Shown here piece after piece: positions 17,062 through 28,318 of a stretch of DNA of 52,610 bases. The notes beneath the pieces were generated by a model that had not been told where the DNA came from, ran no database searches, and saw only the letters and a list, made by a program, of their open reading frames with translations. This stretch comes from a virus. Taxonomy: Duplodnaviria > Caudoviricetes. A program made the translations under genes and the position numbers. The first letter of the stretch is position 1; each line of letters starts with the position of its first letter. Location: positions 1-52,610 of IMG/VR virus record IMGVR_UViG_3300017767_000016; one strand, 5' to 3'.

Positions 17062-20061
17062 TTAATTTGAATCTGGAGTCCAAATTGTTCTATATATACG
17101 AAAAGCAGTGAGGTCTGACCCGCCAAATATTCTTATAAATAAAGTAAAAGATTTTGTTGTTGCTGGTTTGTTATATTTAAGGGCTATATTACCGTCCCGA
17201 GGTTCTCTATCAACTGTGGTGGCGGTTGTATCTGTAGCATTTGTAAATACAGGATAAATTACGCCTTTTTGTCGAGTATTGCCGCTTTGTGAAAGGTGAT
17301 TTGTTTTACTGCTTTTTCTTAAATTTTTACCTGTATTTATAACGCGCGTGGAAGCGTCGCGAGCTATGCTATGGTTCACTACATCTCCATTTGCATCAGT
17401 TTCTGCATTAAAAATTGAAGCATTAGTGCCCTGTAGCTGCGCGCCATTTCCGTTAGCCCCAACATATGTATATTTTGGAGCTGAAAGAGTTGAGGTTGAA
17501 GGGTCAGTGGTAGTGCCTAAATCATCTCCAACAAATAAGGTGTCAGCCACAACCTGAGCCCCAGTCTCTGTGTTAGTTAAATCATTTTCATCAAATAAAA
17601 ACTGAAATCTATCAGGCTGATTAAAGGCTTCAAAATGAGCTTCAAAAGTGCCGGAACTAGTGCCTAATACTATTGGAAAAATAAAAGTACCTTCCATGTC
17701 ACTCACATTCTCAACAGTTATGCTTGTGCCAGTGGCAGGAACACCTACAGCTATACCTATTGTTGCTGGATAACTATCTCTTGAAGTATTGTTAACCTTA
17801 AAATCAAAACCATCATCAAGATTAGTACTGTTATCATGCCCATAATAAACTGTAGCGCTGCCCAAAGTATATGGTAATCCAGATTGAACTATTTGAGTTT
17901 GTTTAGCTTGATCAATGTATAAATCACCATGAGCCGGCAATGTTTCTATAATATATGAAAGAGTACCGCCTCCGTTAGAATCGCCTGTTAAAGTTATTTC
18001 TTTGTCGCCTCCTTTATTTACAGCAAAAGAATTAGGATTTGCTGTGGGCTTTTTTACATAATTTATCGTTATTGTTACGCTATCAGATAAATCTCCGTCA
18101 TTTACAGAAACTACTATTTGGGAACTATTATCAGTTGTTCCTGCGCCATCTGTAAAATTAAAGAAAAATTCAGAGTCATTATCAATATTTACGTTATTAA
18201 CACCTCCGTTTGCTGGCTGTGCAACGGTCCAATAAAAAAGATCATTGTTAGGGTCACTTGCTACAACTTTTACGAATAAAGTTTCGCCAGGAAAGTATTC
18301 ATCACTTAATGTTATTGCATTATTTGAAACCTCTTCCCCGTTAACAGTTCTAATTATAGGAGCATCATTTTGTATTGTTAAATCTACAGTGCCTATATTT
18401 GTGCTGTCTTCATAAGGGTCTTTAGCTTTAAATGTAAACTCGTCTTTATAATTAGTGCTGCCGTCGTGAGTATAGTCAATTTTTTTTGCTATTTCTTTAG
18501 TTCCGTCTGGCAAAGTTCTGCTATAAAAATCTACTATATTATAATTGCCGTTGCTATCAACTGCTAATGATCCGTTTTGGGGAGGTTCTACAATTTCAAA
18601 TGTTAAATTATCACCATCAATATCTTGTCCGGCTAAAAAAATTTCTTTTAAACTATTTCTTTTAACAGTTGTTTCAAAATCTTCAACAGATGATTTATTG
18701 TTTACTTTTATATTTGTATCTAAAGAGTAAAGTGTTGTTACATTTTGATCACCTATTACATCAACTTCGGCGTCTAAAGTAGCAGTTATTTGATTGTTGT
18801 TAACTTTTGTAAAAGTTAAACTTCCAAATACAAACTCTGTGCCGCCATTATTGCTTAAATTAGTAAACGTTGTTAAATCAACAGTTGTGCTGGTTAAAAC
18901 TAAAAATTTATCAGAAGTAATAGTAAAACTATGTGTTAGGTCCCCTTCGTCAGCTAAATCTCTATTTGCTCTTGCTGTTATTGATTTATTAGCAGATATA
19001 GTAATATCATTATCTGTATGTGTTAAGCCTGCCTGTACAGTAACATCGCCTAGTTGTTTTATACTAAATGTATGCGGCTTTTGATTTGTACCCCCAAAAT
19101 TTGTAGAAACTCCATCGCCGGTTAATACAAAATCATATTGGTCAGTTGCAGTTGCTAAAATACCAGGAAATTCTATTGTAAAAGAATGAGAGCCGGTAGA
19201 ATCTAATGTTTGATTAGATATAGACAATATAGATTGTGAAGCTTGGTTCTGAACAGTTAAACTAAACTGCGCAACAGGAACCCCAAAAACTGTCATTTTT
19301 CTTTCTTCTCCAATTGTTTCTATAACTATTGTTCGTAAACCATAATCCTGTATTTCAACAGTAGGTGAAAATATAGTAACTGTATTTACGGTAAATGCTA
19401 TTGAGTCGCCAGTTTCACTTTCATTTGAAAAAGTATATTTAACAGTAAAAGTGACTTGTGTAACATTTCCATCAGAATCAGACCCCGTGGTTGTTCTTGA
19501 TATATCATATCTGGAAGAGTTTTTTGCAGTTAAAACATAAGAAGGTAATGTTTCAAAATGAGTACCTGATTCTGCTGAAAAAACTTTTGTTAGTACAGTT
19601 ACTTGTTGCCCAAAATTTCCACTGCCACTATATGTGCTGGATTCTGAAGAAGGTGTTGCTCCAGAAACAGTAGTTGAGTAATTACCAGATAAACTATATG
19701 ATTGCAAATTTGCAACGCCATCAATATCAATAACCAAAGTAGTATCGGCATCTGGCATAACAAAACTATCTGTTAAATCAACTAATACTGAAATATTATT
19801 TTCAACAGAATTCGATGCACCTGTATTAGACAATGTTATACTGCTTATGCCGGTTGGCAAGGTAACTCCGTTGCTGCCGCTGGTCCACTGTAAGTTATTA
19901 CCGTTATTTGTATAGGTTACATCATCAACACTAAAATCTGCAGCATTTAAAACATAGCCCTGTGCCGGGGTTATTATTAAAGTAGCATTGTCCGCCCCAA
20001 TAGCAGTGCCACTTTGCCTAGAAAAACTCTGTGATGTTATGCTACAATTATTTAAAGCCAT
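17062..20061 (-). CDS. Ser/Thr-rich beta-sandwich virion protein with cadherin/Big_9-like Ig repeats
   Basis: D.DGDNLTFEIVEPPQNGSL...DEFTFKAKD; ASDPNND...V.VNDGDLSDSVTITI; LSYIIETLPAHGDL...DGFDFKVN. Confidence 0.7.
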   Translation of the reverse strand: MALNNCSITSQSFSRQSGTAIGADNATLIITPAQGYVLNAADFSVDDVTYTNNGNNLQWTSGSNGVTLPTGISSITLSNTGASNSVENNISVLVDLTDSFVMPDADTTLVIDIDGVANLQSYSLSGNYSTTVSGATPSSESSTYSGSGNFGQQVTVLTKVFSAESGTHFETLPSYVLTAKNSSRYDISRTTTGSDSDGNVTQVTFTVKYTFSNESETGDSIAFTVNTVTIFSPTVEIQDYGLRTIVIETIGEERKMTVFGVPVAQFSLTVQNQASQSILSISNQTLDSTGSHSFTIEFPGILATATDQYDFVLTGDGVSTNFGGTNQKPHTFSIKQLGDVTVQAGLTHTDNDITISANKSITARANRDLADEGDLTHSFTITSDKFLVLTSTTVDLTTFTNLSNNGGTEFVFGSLTFTKVNNNQITATLDAEVDVIGDQNVTTLYSLDTNIKVNNKSSVEDFETTVKRNSLKEIFLAGQDIDGDNLTFEIVEPPQNGSLAVDSNGNYNIVDFYSRTLPDGTKEIAKKIDYTHDGSTNYKDEFTFKAKDPYEDSTNIGTVDLTIQNDAPIIRTVNGEEVSNNAITLSDEYFPGETLFVKVVASDPNNDLFYWTVAQPANGGVNNVNIDNDSEFFFNFTDGAGTTDNSSQIVVSVNDGDLSDSVTITINYVKKPTANPNSFAVNKGGDKEITLTGDSNGGGTLSYIIETLPAHGDLYIDQAKQTQIVQSGLPYTLGSATVYYGHDNSTNLDDGFDFKVNNTSRDSYPATIGIAVGVPATGTSITVENVSDMEGTFIFPIVLGTSSGTFEAHFEAFNQPDRFQFLFDENDLTNTETGAQVVADTLFVGDDLGTTTDPSTSTLSAPKYTYVGANGNGAQLQGTNASIFNAETDANGDVVNHSIARDASTRVINTGKNLRKSSKTNHLSQSGNTRQKGVIYPVFTNATDTTATTVDREPRDGNIALKYNKPATTKSFTLFIRIFGGSDLTAFRIYRTIWTPDSN

Positions 20062-20062
20062 A

Positions 20063-23000
20063 TTATTCGCCGTCTTCTTGTATTGTTAAAGTAAATTGTG
20101 TTATATCTGTTGATCCAGATATTGATCCCAGTGTTCCTATACCCTGCGTTAAAAATTCTTTGCTATCAAATCCTCCGGTCTGTAATTGTTGATTCCAGTC
20201 TTCATGATTGCCTTTTATAAAGTTGTAGTACATTCCCTCTTTGTCTTTGAACTCCAAAACTTTGCCTTCTTGTAAATTTGTTTTAATTTTAGGAGCAACC
20301 CATTCGCTACTTCCTTCGTATTTAATTGTTTTAAAACTTTTTACATTTGAGGGATTTGCATTAAGCACTAACTTAACAGTAGACTTATATTGAACGCCAT
20401 AAAAATTATTTCTAGTTTCATTGCCATGACTCCATATAACACCATTTTTAAATGTATAATATTTATTGTTTAATGAAACTCCAGCTTCAGCAATAAACGA
20501 TTTTCTAGTTGGCCAACCTTCAAGACCTTGCATATAGCTGACTGTATCATCATTAAAAGATAAATTATAACAATTAGAATTATCATCATAATTACCAATA
20601 ACATTTGTAGCGGTGCTTAGCTTATCTTTAAAATAATCTCTCATTCCCTGTGCAGATATTTCTTCTAAGCCATTTCTTGAAAGCCTTAAAACAACACCTC
20701 TGTTTTTATCTGTAAAAAACGCTCTAAACCCATACGACGCAAAGCTTTCTGGATTTTTTGATATGCCATATTCACCAACATATGGTATAGTTTGGCCCAG
20801 CACATTGTTATTTGCTGTTATATTAGCATTACCATCTGCATTAAATAAAGCATCCTTTTGAGCTAATACTTTTAAACATTTGTCTTCACATAATGTTATA
20901 AGATCAGTATCTCTTGCGTGCAATTTCTGTATAGATCCGTATGCCGGATTTAAATCTTTTGTTATAGGTAAGCCTTGTATAAACTGATTTAAATTATTTA
21001 CACCGGAAGTTGAATTAAATATTTGAGAAAATATAAGCCCGCTTGCTCTTCTTTCTTCTTCATAAGGCTCATCTAAAACTGTAGAAACCTTAACACCTTT
21101 ATCAATAGTAGGCGCATTAAAGTCGTCATTTATTCTGTTAGACTCTACACCATTTCCAAAAGAATAACAATTAAACCAATTTAATATTTTAGGGGTTGCT
21201 GCTTCGGAAACAGGAAAAGCATCAGATGCTTCATAATATATATCTATATCAACAGCTTCTTTCGGCTCTGTTTCAAACACAGAAGGATTAGATGAAGCTA
21301 ATAACTGAAAACTATCTGTAAAAACCTCTTTAACAATTTCAATTCTATCAGAAGTATTTGTGTCTTGCCCTATTTCAAGCCCTCTTTCAAATGGTCTATC
21401 TAAAATTATTTCCATTTGTTTTCTCCAGTTACCAGCTTTTTTAGTTTTTTGCCGTCTATCAAATCTTCTCTCTCTTGATTGTATAAAGTCTTTTATAGTA
21501 TATATCTCGCTTTTTTGATTAGTAGTAACATTAACAAACCTTAATAAAGTGCCGACTTTATTTAAATTGTCGTCTAGCAAAGGCATTGTTTTGTTTACAT
21601 AATGACCATTTGAAAACGCGGTTCCTGCTGAATATCCAATTTGAAATCTATCGCTACCCGCTGTTGGCGGTCCCTTTGTGAATCTAAAATTTCTATCAAA
21701 CCACACTGTAAACTCGGCTTTTGTATCTCTCCAACCTGGTCCATTTTTTGTACTTTTTTTTCTTTCGCCAGCTCTTCTGTCAATTCTATAAGGAATTGCA
21801 TTGCTACTTTCTATAATAACTTGTTTTTCAACGCCTGAAAAAACATCTATAATATTTGTTTTTATATTTGAGTCTCTATTAATTTTAACAAAAAATCTTC
21901 CTTCAAATTCTTCGTTTTTTTCAATCTCATCTTTATAAACAATTATTTCAATTTGGTTTTGACCAGTTTCTATGCCACTTAAAAAATCAGCGTCTTCTTT
22001 TAATGGCGTTTCTAGTGTCACTTTAAATTTATTGCTTGACGTTAACCCTCCGCTCTCAATTTTGTACATAAGAGTTCTTTGTCCGCCGTTAGAATCATTT
22101 TCTATATTTTCTACAATTTTTAAATAATTCGGCGCTTTAAATTCTTTTACAAATTCAGGATTTTTTTCTATGCTTGCTGTAAAAGCAAAAGATATTGCGT
22201 CCGTTACAGGCTGATCACCAGTTCCAATAGTACAGTCTGTTCTGGCCACAGCATTTCTTTTCTTCGCTATAAAATCAGGAGCCTCGTTTGATATATCTAA
22301 TATTTTGTACTTAATTACTTCGTCAGGCATATCTTCAGAGTCATGCTTCTTTTTTAAGTACATATAAGTTTCTTCATATACTTTATTTCTTTCTGATGAT
22401 GGAAAACTAAGCCATATATTGCCATCTTCAGCAAAATAAAATCTATCTAAAGCAAGATTGTAATATTGATTTGAAGTTTCTTTTATGAAGTACTTAAAAT
22501 GGGTTGCCCAACTCGGTGGTTCAGAATTTATTGAGGCAGTAAGCTTATTTTCTTTATCAGCCTCTTTGCTTCCTATTTTTAAAGTAGAGTCTTTAGTAGT
22601 AAATATAGGCGTTTCTCTTCCGTATTTATCTTTCCAAACAATTCCTAATTGATATGTTCTTAAAGATTTTACAGAAGGTTTTGCTAAGCCCCTGTCGCTA
22701 TGTGCTTTTGAATCTAAATAAAAACTTGCAGATAAATTATCTGCTACATTGTAATTTTGCAAATAATTTCCATAAACTATTCTATTGCCTATAATTTCTT
22801 GAGATTTAGCTAAGCGAGGTACATTATCCCATGGTCTTAGTATTTGATTTGACTCAACAACTTTATGTATAAGCTCAGATTCTATTTCTATTTCTCTATT
22901 GTCTAATGGAAGAGTATCTACTGTATATATGTTTGTTGAAACGCTATCTTTATATAATACTTCAATTTCTTTAACGCCCAGAGGAGGAGACTCTAAATTA

Positions 23001-24145
23001 TGCACTCTAAGAAATCGCATATTGTTTTTCATGCCCTCATTAAAACCATCTGTAGAAAGATATCTAAATTTGCCAGGAAAAAACGCCACAGTTGAAAAAG
23101 GAGAAAAAGTTGAATATTGATTATCTTCATATCTCCATCTATACGCAAATCTGCCAAACGAGTTTTCAAATATAGGTTCGCCTTCTTTGAGCACAGTGTC
23201 CCAGGTTAAGTATTCATTTGGCACATTATCTGGAATACTTAAAATTTTAAATCTTGGTATTATAGCACCTGAGCCTGTACCTAAGCTTAATATAACTGTA
23301 GAAACAATTAATTCTTCAGAATTTCCATCTTCATCTACAAAATTGTTTGTCCATGTTATAACATCTCCCACTTTCCAGTTTGGCTTTACATAGTAACTTC
23401 CGTTAAACTCGTACCCTGCAGGTCTTGATTCAAAATCGGGACCACCGTCTACTTCAACCGCAAAATTAAAGCTCTGCGAAATAGAATTTATGCCGGTACC
23501 ATTACCCTCTCTTTTAGAATCTTTTACTTCTACTGAGGGAGCTGTTAAAGGTGACTTTTTAATTACAACAACATCATCTTCAATAAAATCTCTACCGTAT
23601 ATTTCCGTATGAGAAGTGTCACCGCTTAATGCAGTTGCATCTTTAAATTTTTTTATATTTATTGATTTTGGCTCGTTTAAATCATCTGTAAAAAACAGCA
23701 AGCCATCAATAATATTTATACCAGTTATTAAATTATTTTTTGAAAAATTTAAAACATTATTTTTATCTATAAGTATAGGAGATATTACATTAGTAGTTTG
23801 GTCTAATTCTAATATGCCATCCTGATTATCGCCTGTTATAAACCAATATATTTTTTCTTCTTTGTCGTATTTAATAACACCAATAGTAATAGCATTGTCA
23901 AAACCATAATAGTTTGTATCACTGTCATTTAAACCCCATAGGGTATATGTATTAAGGCTTGGATTGTAGGATCTATTAAATATTGCAGTATTGCCCAATA
24001 TGTTTTCTATAGCACCAACATCGCTGCCCTCAGAGCTGGCAACTTGGATGTTTAGCGCGTCTCTATATTGATTATTAGGAATAAGTCTTTCGTCTAGGTC
24101 TTTATTCATTTTCCCAGACGTAAATAAATTCTTAATTTCAGGCAT
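20063..24145 (-). CDS. tail nozzle / phage stabilisation protein
   Basis: MPEIKNLFTSGKMNKDLDERLIP..QYRDALNI and GEYGISKNPESFA motifs; follows the ring proteins. Confidence 0.8.
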   Translation of the reverse strand: MPEIKNLFTSGKMNKDLDERLIPNNQYRDALNIQVASSEGSDVGAIENILGNTAIFNRSYNPSLNTYTLWGLNDSDTNYYGFDNAITIGVIKYDKEEKIYWFITGDNQDGILELDQTTNVISPILIDKNNVLNFSKNNLITGINIIDGLLFFTDDLNEPKSINIKKFKDATALSGDTSHTEIYGRDFIEDDVVVIKKSPLTAPSVEVKDSKREGNGTGINSISQSFNFAVEVDGGPDFESRPAGYEFNGSYYVKPNWKVGDVITWTNNFVDEDGNSEELIVSTVILSLGTGSGAIIPRFKILSIPDNVPNEYLTWDTVLKEGEPIFENSFGRFAYRWRYEDNQYSTFSPFSTVAFFPGKFRYLSTDGFNEGMKNNMRFLRVHNLESPPLGVKEIEVLYKDSVSTNIYTVDTLPLDNREIEIESELIHKVVESNQILRPWDNVPRLAKSQEIIGNRIVYGNYLQNYNVADNLSASFYLDSKAHSDRGLAKPSVKSLRTYQLGIVWKDKYGRETPIFTTKDSTLKIGSKEADKENKLTASINSEPPSWATHFKYFIKETSNQYYNLALDRFYFAEDGNIWLSFPSSERNKVYEETYMYLKKKHDSEDMPDEVIKYKILDISNEAPDFIAKKRNAVARTDCTIGTGDQPVTDAISFAFTASIEKNPEFVKEFKAPNYLKIVENIENDSNGGQRTLMYKIESGGLTSSNKFKVTLETPLKEDADFLSGIETGQNQIEIIVYKDEIEKNEEFEGRFFVKINRDSNIKTNIIDVFSGVEKQVIIESSNAIPYRIDRRAGERKKSTKNGPGWRDTKAEFTVWFDRNFRFTKGPPTAGSDRFQIGYSAGTAFSNGHYVNKTMPLLDDNLNKVGTLLRFVNVTTNQKSEIYTIKDFIQSRERRFDRRQKTKKAGNWRKQMEIILDRPFERGLEIGQDTNTSDRIEIVKEVFTDSFQLLASSNPSVFETEPKEAVDIDIYYEASDAFPVSEAATPKILNWFNCYSFGNGVESNRINDDFNAPTIDKGVKVSTVLDEPYEEERRASGLIFSQIFNSTSGVNNLNQFIQGLPITKDLNPAYGSIQKLHARDTDLITLCEDKCLKVLAQKDALFNADGNANITANNNVLGQTIPYVGEYGISKNPESFASYGFRAFFTDKNRGVVLRLSRNGLEEISAQGMRDYFKDKLSTATNVIGNYDDNSNCYNLSFNDDTVSYMQGLEGWPTRKSFIAEAGVSLNNKYYTFKNGVIWSHGNETRNNFYGVQYKSTVKLVLNANPSNVKSFKTIKYEGSSEWVAPKIKTNLQEGKVLEFKDKEGMYYNFIKGNHEDWNQQLQTGGFDSKEFLTQGIGTLGSISGSTDITQFTLTIQEDGE

Positions 24146-24148
24146 ATA

Positions 24149-25279
24149 TTAGTGTTTAATCCATTTAGACTTACCTCTTAAAGTTTGTGTAAGTTCTTCT
24201 ATTTTAAGATTTGACAAACGTAATTTTGCTTGTCTTATTGCTGCAAATCTTTCTTTTTTAAATCTTGCTACAATATATTCCGGTGTATTTTGTCTAGTTG
24301 ACAATATTGAATGAGCGATGCTTTTATACATAGCCTCTTCTGCAAATTTATGTACAATTTTTTCTTCCGCAGTAGCAACGCCGTCACTTATGTATTTTAG
24401 CGTTACAACTTTATTAACCATATGGCCGGAAAAGAATATTTTACCTTTGATCATGTCTATAAAAAACGACCCATTAGAATTCATATGCTGAGGGTCAGCA
24501 CCGTATCTTCTCCCATGCAGCACCTGGAATGTTCTATTGTCTTCTATATAAAAATCTTTTATAGCGTCCGTGGTTGCATTTTGGGTTTTAAACTTTTTAA
24601 ATGTTTCAGATTGATCAGCTTTTAGCAATTCACCGCTACTGTCAAATAAATAGTTAAATTCGCTGTCTTGTAATAAAGCCGTAGGATTGCTTGTTTTTAG
24701 CGCAGGCATAATAGTATGCTCAATTCCTTTATCGTCACACCAGGTGAGCTTAATGTGGTTCACATAGTCGTGTGGTAGCTTCATTTCAAGACTAGATGGT
24801 ATTTCAATCTCTTGGGATTTTTCGCTTCGTAGCGTATCGTAGCTTAATTCTTGAATTGCTCTTTGAGCAAAAAACAATACATTACTTCTTTTTGCTTTTG
24901 GTATAATTTTTTCTTCACCAACATAGGCTATTATAAAATTATTTACAATATCTTTTAGCGTTAAATACTGATACCCTCCTAACTTGTTTTCTGCATTTAT
25001 TTGGACAATTGTAATTAATAAATCAAGCTTAGGGGCTCCTCCTGATTCTAATACATCTGTATTATTTGTATTTGCATCAAATACTATTGCTCCACCTGTA
25101 TATTCATAATTATTAACATTAATTAAATTACCGTCTACAAATACCTCTAATTCTCCTTTAGCTTGCGGCAAAGGGTTAAACATATCAGTAGTTAAAGGAA
25201 AAGACGTTCTGGCGCCTGTTCCAGTAAAATTAACACTGTTATTATAATAACGCTCGTGTGTTATATTAAATAATGCCAT
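24149..25279 (-). CDS. tail ring / tubular protein
   Basis: LPHDYVNHIKL and LKYISDG motifs; lies between adaptor and nozzle. Confidence 0.7.
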   Translation of the reverse strand: MALFNITHERYYNNSVNFTGTGARTSFPLTTDMFNPLPQAKGELEVFVDGNLINVNNYEYTGGAIVFDANTNNTDVLESGGAPKLDLLITIVQINAENKLGGYQYLTLKDIVNNFIIAYVGEEKIIPKAKRSNVLFFAQRAIQELSYDTLRSEKSQEIEIPSSLEMKLPHDYVNHIKLTWCDDKGIEHTIMPALKTSNPTALLQDSEFNYLFDSSGELLKADQSETFKKFKTQNATTDAIKDFYIEDNRTFQVLHGRRYGADPQHMNSNGSFFIDMIKGKIFFSGHMVNKVVTLKYISDGVATAEEKIVHKFAEEAMYKSIAHSILSTRQNTPEYIVARFKKERFAAIRQAKLRLSNLKIEELTQTLRGKSKWIKH

Positions 25280-25282
25280 TTA

Positions 25283-25978
25283 TTATGCTTTTTCTTGTTG
25301 AGTACTTTTTACTTCTTCAGCAGTCCCCATTTGATATATACTAGGATCTTTTATAGATACACCCGCTAACTGAAGAATTTTTATAACCAATTCAGTTTCT
25401 TCGGATTCATGTAGATGAAAATTTTCGCTACTTGAGCTATTCCAAAGGGCATTTCCATTAACCTCTGTAAAAGCCCACTCAACTTCATTAGGAGCGTTTG
25501 GCTTTTTAATATATTGAAATGTAACGTCTGCGGTTATTTCAGAATTGCCATATACTTTGATTCCACTTGCGCCTCTAGTGTATATAGGAAAATCATTTGT
25601 TGGTTTTGAAAGCGGCGATGAAGTAATGTATAAATATTCGTTTTTATTAACGTGTTCTGCTTCGCTTCCGTTATAAATAACTGAGCCAAGTCTATAAAGA
25701 TCAGACGGCTCTGGCCAATAGTTATTTGTGTATGTAGTTGAACCAGAAGTTTCAAATAAACTTATTTTTTCTTCAAGTATATCAACCATATCCGAGTACT
25801 CTGTGCTATTACCCGGCAATCTGCTAAACTGATTTAAATCGTAAAAATATTGTTCAAATATATCAAGTTCTGCTTGATTGGCGAATAAGTTATATTCAGT
25901 AGGTGATAAATACCCACGCTGTTCTTTATTAAGTATTGCCAATACTCTTTGATATACTGTATCTACACTTATTGCCAT
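25283..25978 (-). CDS. head-tail adaptor / ring protein
   Basis: LNKEQRGYLSPTEYNLFANQA, P.DLYRL, YIKKP, LVIKILQLAG. Confidence 0.7.
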   Translation of the reverse strand: MAISVDTVYQRVLAILNKEQRGYLSPTEYNLFANQAELDIFEQYFYDLNQFSRLPGNSTEYSDMVDILEEKISLFETSGSTTYTNNYWPEPSDLYRLGSVIYNGSEAEHVNKNEYLYITSSPLSKPTNDFPIYTRGASGIKVYGNSEITADVTFQYIKKPNAPNEVEWAFTEVNGNALWNSSSSENFHLHESEETELVIKILQLAGVSIKDPSIYQMGTAEEVKSTQQEKA

Positions 25979-25992
25979 ATTATTTTTTTAAT

Positions 25993-26021
25993 AAAAAAGG
26001 CCCACAAAGTTGTGAGCCTTT
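25993..26021 (-). terminator. intrinsic terminator
   Basis: Minus strand AAAGGCTCACA-ACTT-TGTGGGCCTTTTTT directly after the 26030 stop. Confidence 0.8.
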
Positions 26022-26029
26022 CACAACTT

Positions 26030-26785
26030 TTAAGCCAAACGTTTTTCTATTGTTTGGTAAACTTCAATACCCTCGTCCGTTTTAAAATATGCAGCTAATG
26101 CTGAATATGGATTTTCATCGAATGGTACTGTTATTAATTTTCTATTATTGCTAGCCCAAGCAAATGTTCTTTGATCATTTGAAAGCTTTATAATGCCTTG
26201 TTCGACTGACTTAATACCTATATTTCTAATATTTATATTTTCGTCATTTGCAAGCTCTATTAATAGCCCCGGGTTCTTTTTAGCGAATACCATCAAGTCT
26301 CTTTTAAGCTCTCTAGACGTTAACCCAACGACCTTAGAGCCTAATTCAGTTCTTAGTATTGCTTCGGCTTGATCAACTTCCATGCTCATTGCAATTTCCA
26401 TTGCGTCAAACTCTAACTCTATTTGAGATAGCTGATCTTCCGCTTGTTCTTCTGCATCAAACTCTTCGTAAATTTTACCCTTTCCAGGATGATACAGTGA
26501 TAGTATTTGTTGCAAAACTACTTTTTCTTTAGGTACAGATAAAACACCGTCTGAAAATACAATATGTTCTAATCTTGATTGCCCTTTAAACTCATCTGCA
26601 AAAGGAGTTTTTTGGTTCGCAGTATACTTTATTTCTCTTTCATACCCTAGTTCTTCGTCGTACCACATTATATTTTTTGATGAAATAGTATAAGTTAAAG
26701 GCGACTGATTGCCTAGTAAATAGTATGTTCTGTCTTTTCGCTCCCAACTTTTAACTGGGGCTGTTTTTGTTTCTTTTTTTGCCAT
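26030..26785 (-). CDS. conserved hypothetical protein downstream of the major capsid gene
   Basis: 251-aa ORF between two terminators, with an AT-rich leader. Confidence 0.75.
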   Translation of the reverse strand: MAKKETKTAPVKSWERKDRTYYLLGNQSPLTYTISSKNIMWYDEELGYEREIKYTANQKTPFADEFKGQSRLEHIVFSDGVLSVPKEKVVLQQILSLYHPGKGKIYEEFDAEEQAEDQLSQIELEFDAMEIAMSMEVDQAEAILRTELGSKVVGLTSRELKRDLMVFAKKNPGLLIELANDENINIRNIGIKSVEQGIIKLSNDQRTFAWASNNRKLITVPFDENPYSALAAYFKTDEGIEVYQTIEKRLA

Positions 26786-26806
26786 GATATAATAAAATAA
26801 AAAAAT

Positions 26807-26844
26807 TAAAATAAACCCAGGGCCAAATAAATGACCCCGGATTT
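26807..26844 (-). terminator. intrinsic terminator after the major capsid gene
   Basis: Minus strand CCGGGGTCA-TTTATT-TGGCCCTGG followed by GTTTATTTT. Confidence 0.75.
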
Positions 26845-26855
26845 AATGTAAAATA

Positions 26856-28307
26856 TTAAGCTTTAAACAACATAAAGTTATTAGCCGCTTGAGTTACTAA
26901 ACATCTTTCAGATAAATAGTGAACCTCCATTACGTCAAGGTCAGAAGTTGCTGCCCCACCAACTGAACCAGTAATCCAAGATTTCATTCTTCGATCATCA
27001 GCTTCAGAAGCTTTATAACGTACGTGTAAGAAAGGGCGACGAACGTTTTTACCTAACATTTGATCGTATACAGAAGAAGTACCAGCTGGAACTAATACAC
27101 CTTCAATATCTGAAAACAATCCACGAGTAGATGAGTTGTTTAGATATTTCCAATCAGTTTTGTAAAAATCATACGATCCTCTTCGGAAGCCTCTAAATCC
27201 AAGATTAAGAGCCATATCCTCGCTATTTTCAAAAATACCGAAAGCAGTACCACCAGCACTACCAGCAGAGATATTCGCAAGAGCGTCATCAACTTTTAGT
27301 GTAGATGTACGATTTAAGAAAAGTAAATTTTCTTCAATAGCACCTTGCTTATCTAGCTTTTTAAGTATTTCATCAAAATCAGAAATAAGGTCTGTGGCAT
27401 CGTCAAAAAGTTTTTCAGCTACGTGACCTCTTGCCTGAATAGCCGCGAAGAGCCCTTCGGTACCTGCGGTATTATCAGCTCCCTCAGTTCCTAAAATAGC
27501 GTCTACGCCTCCAGAAGATTTTGCAAATTCTGCTTCAACCATAGTCATTTCTAAGTAGTCTTCAAAGCGAACGCGAGTATCGCCTTCAGCCTTCATGTAC
27601 CATAAATAACCTGATTGCCCTCCTTCACCGGAAACTTCTACCCAGCCAATTTGAGAAGCGTCAGATCCTGATACTTCAAATTTATCTTTAAGAATAATTG
27701 GCTTGTTTGTAAAAGACTCAAATTCAGGTGTTACAGATCCTGTCATTCCCGCTTGGCCCTTTTTAAATTCAGAACCATAAACGAAAAAGCTACAGGTATT
27801 AGCTCCAGCGTCATCAACTGTGTCAAAACCAGTTACAGCCCCAACAGTTGCTCCCCCAGAATAAGGTACAACAGTTAAAGTAGTGTTATCAGCTGCAACA
27901 GCGCTAACATAACATTTGATAATAGTAGGAGTTGTTTGATTGTCTGAAAGAACAATTGTTTGTCCTGCTCTTACTGCATGCGTTCCCGCTGCGGCTCCAT
28001 TAATATCGATTACGCCTGCATTAGTAACAGTTGCTCCTTCATATGCTAAATGCAAACGCCCTTGCTCAGACCAAATAATTTGATCAGAAGCCATAGGCAT
28101 TTCTGCACCTACCATACGTAGGAAAGATGAGATTGAACGATTTCCATAACGCTCTACTTCTTGTTCGTAAAGCTCAGGAAGATATTGTTGGGACCAGTTT
28201 TTGCCGCCGCTCCCGTGAAAGTTTAGGTAATTACCAGCTGTTACAGTTTTACTTGCGTAAGGTGTAAACTCAGGTGGTAAATTGTTACCAAAATCAATTG
28301 CTGCCAT
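26856..28307 (-). CDS. major capsid protein (HK97 fold, crAss/phi38:1-like)
   Basis: Follows portal and scaffold and is followed by a terminator; WSEQGRLH, GTEGLFAAI, HYLSERCLVTQAANNF. Confidence 0.85.
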   Translation of the reverse strand: MAAIDFGNNLPPEFTPYASKTVTAGNYLNFHGSGGKNWSQQYLPELYEQEVERYGNRSISSFLRMVGAEMPMASDQIIWSEQGRLHLAYEGATVTNAGVIDINGAAAGTHAVRAGQTIVLSDNQTTPTIIKCYVSAVAADNTTLTVVPYSGGATVGAVTGFDTVDDAGANTCSFFVYGSEFKKGQAGMTGSVTPEFESFTNKPIILKDKFEVSGSDASQIGWVEVSGEGGQSGYLWYMKAEGDTRVRFEDYLEMTMVEAEFAKSSGGVDAILGTEGADNTAGTEGLFAAIQARGHVAEKLFDDATDLISDFDEILKKLDKQGAIEENLLFLNRTSTLKVDDALANISAGSAGGTAFGIFENSEDMALNLGFRGFRRGSYDFYKTDWKYLNNSSTRGLFSDIEGVLVPAGTSSVYDQMLGKNVRRPFLHVRYKASEADDRRMKSWITGSVGGAATSDLDVMEVHYLSERCLVTQAANNFMLFKA

Positions 28308-28318
28308 TTTTTAAATTT

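Noticed and set aside
17046-17126. N-terminal extension of the 16701-17126 ORF
   Set aside because: It overlaps the upstream gene; ATG17045 after an AT-rich leader is the better start
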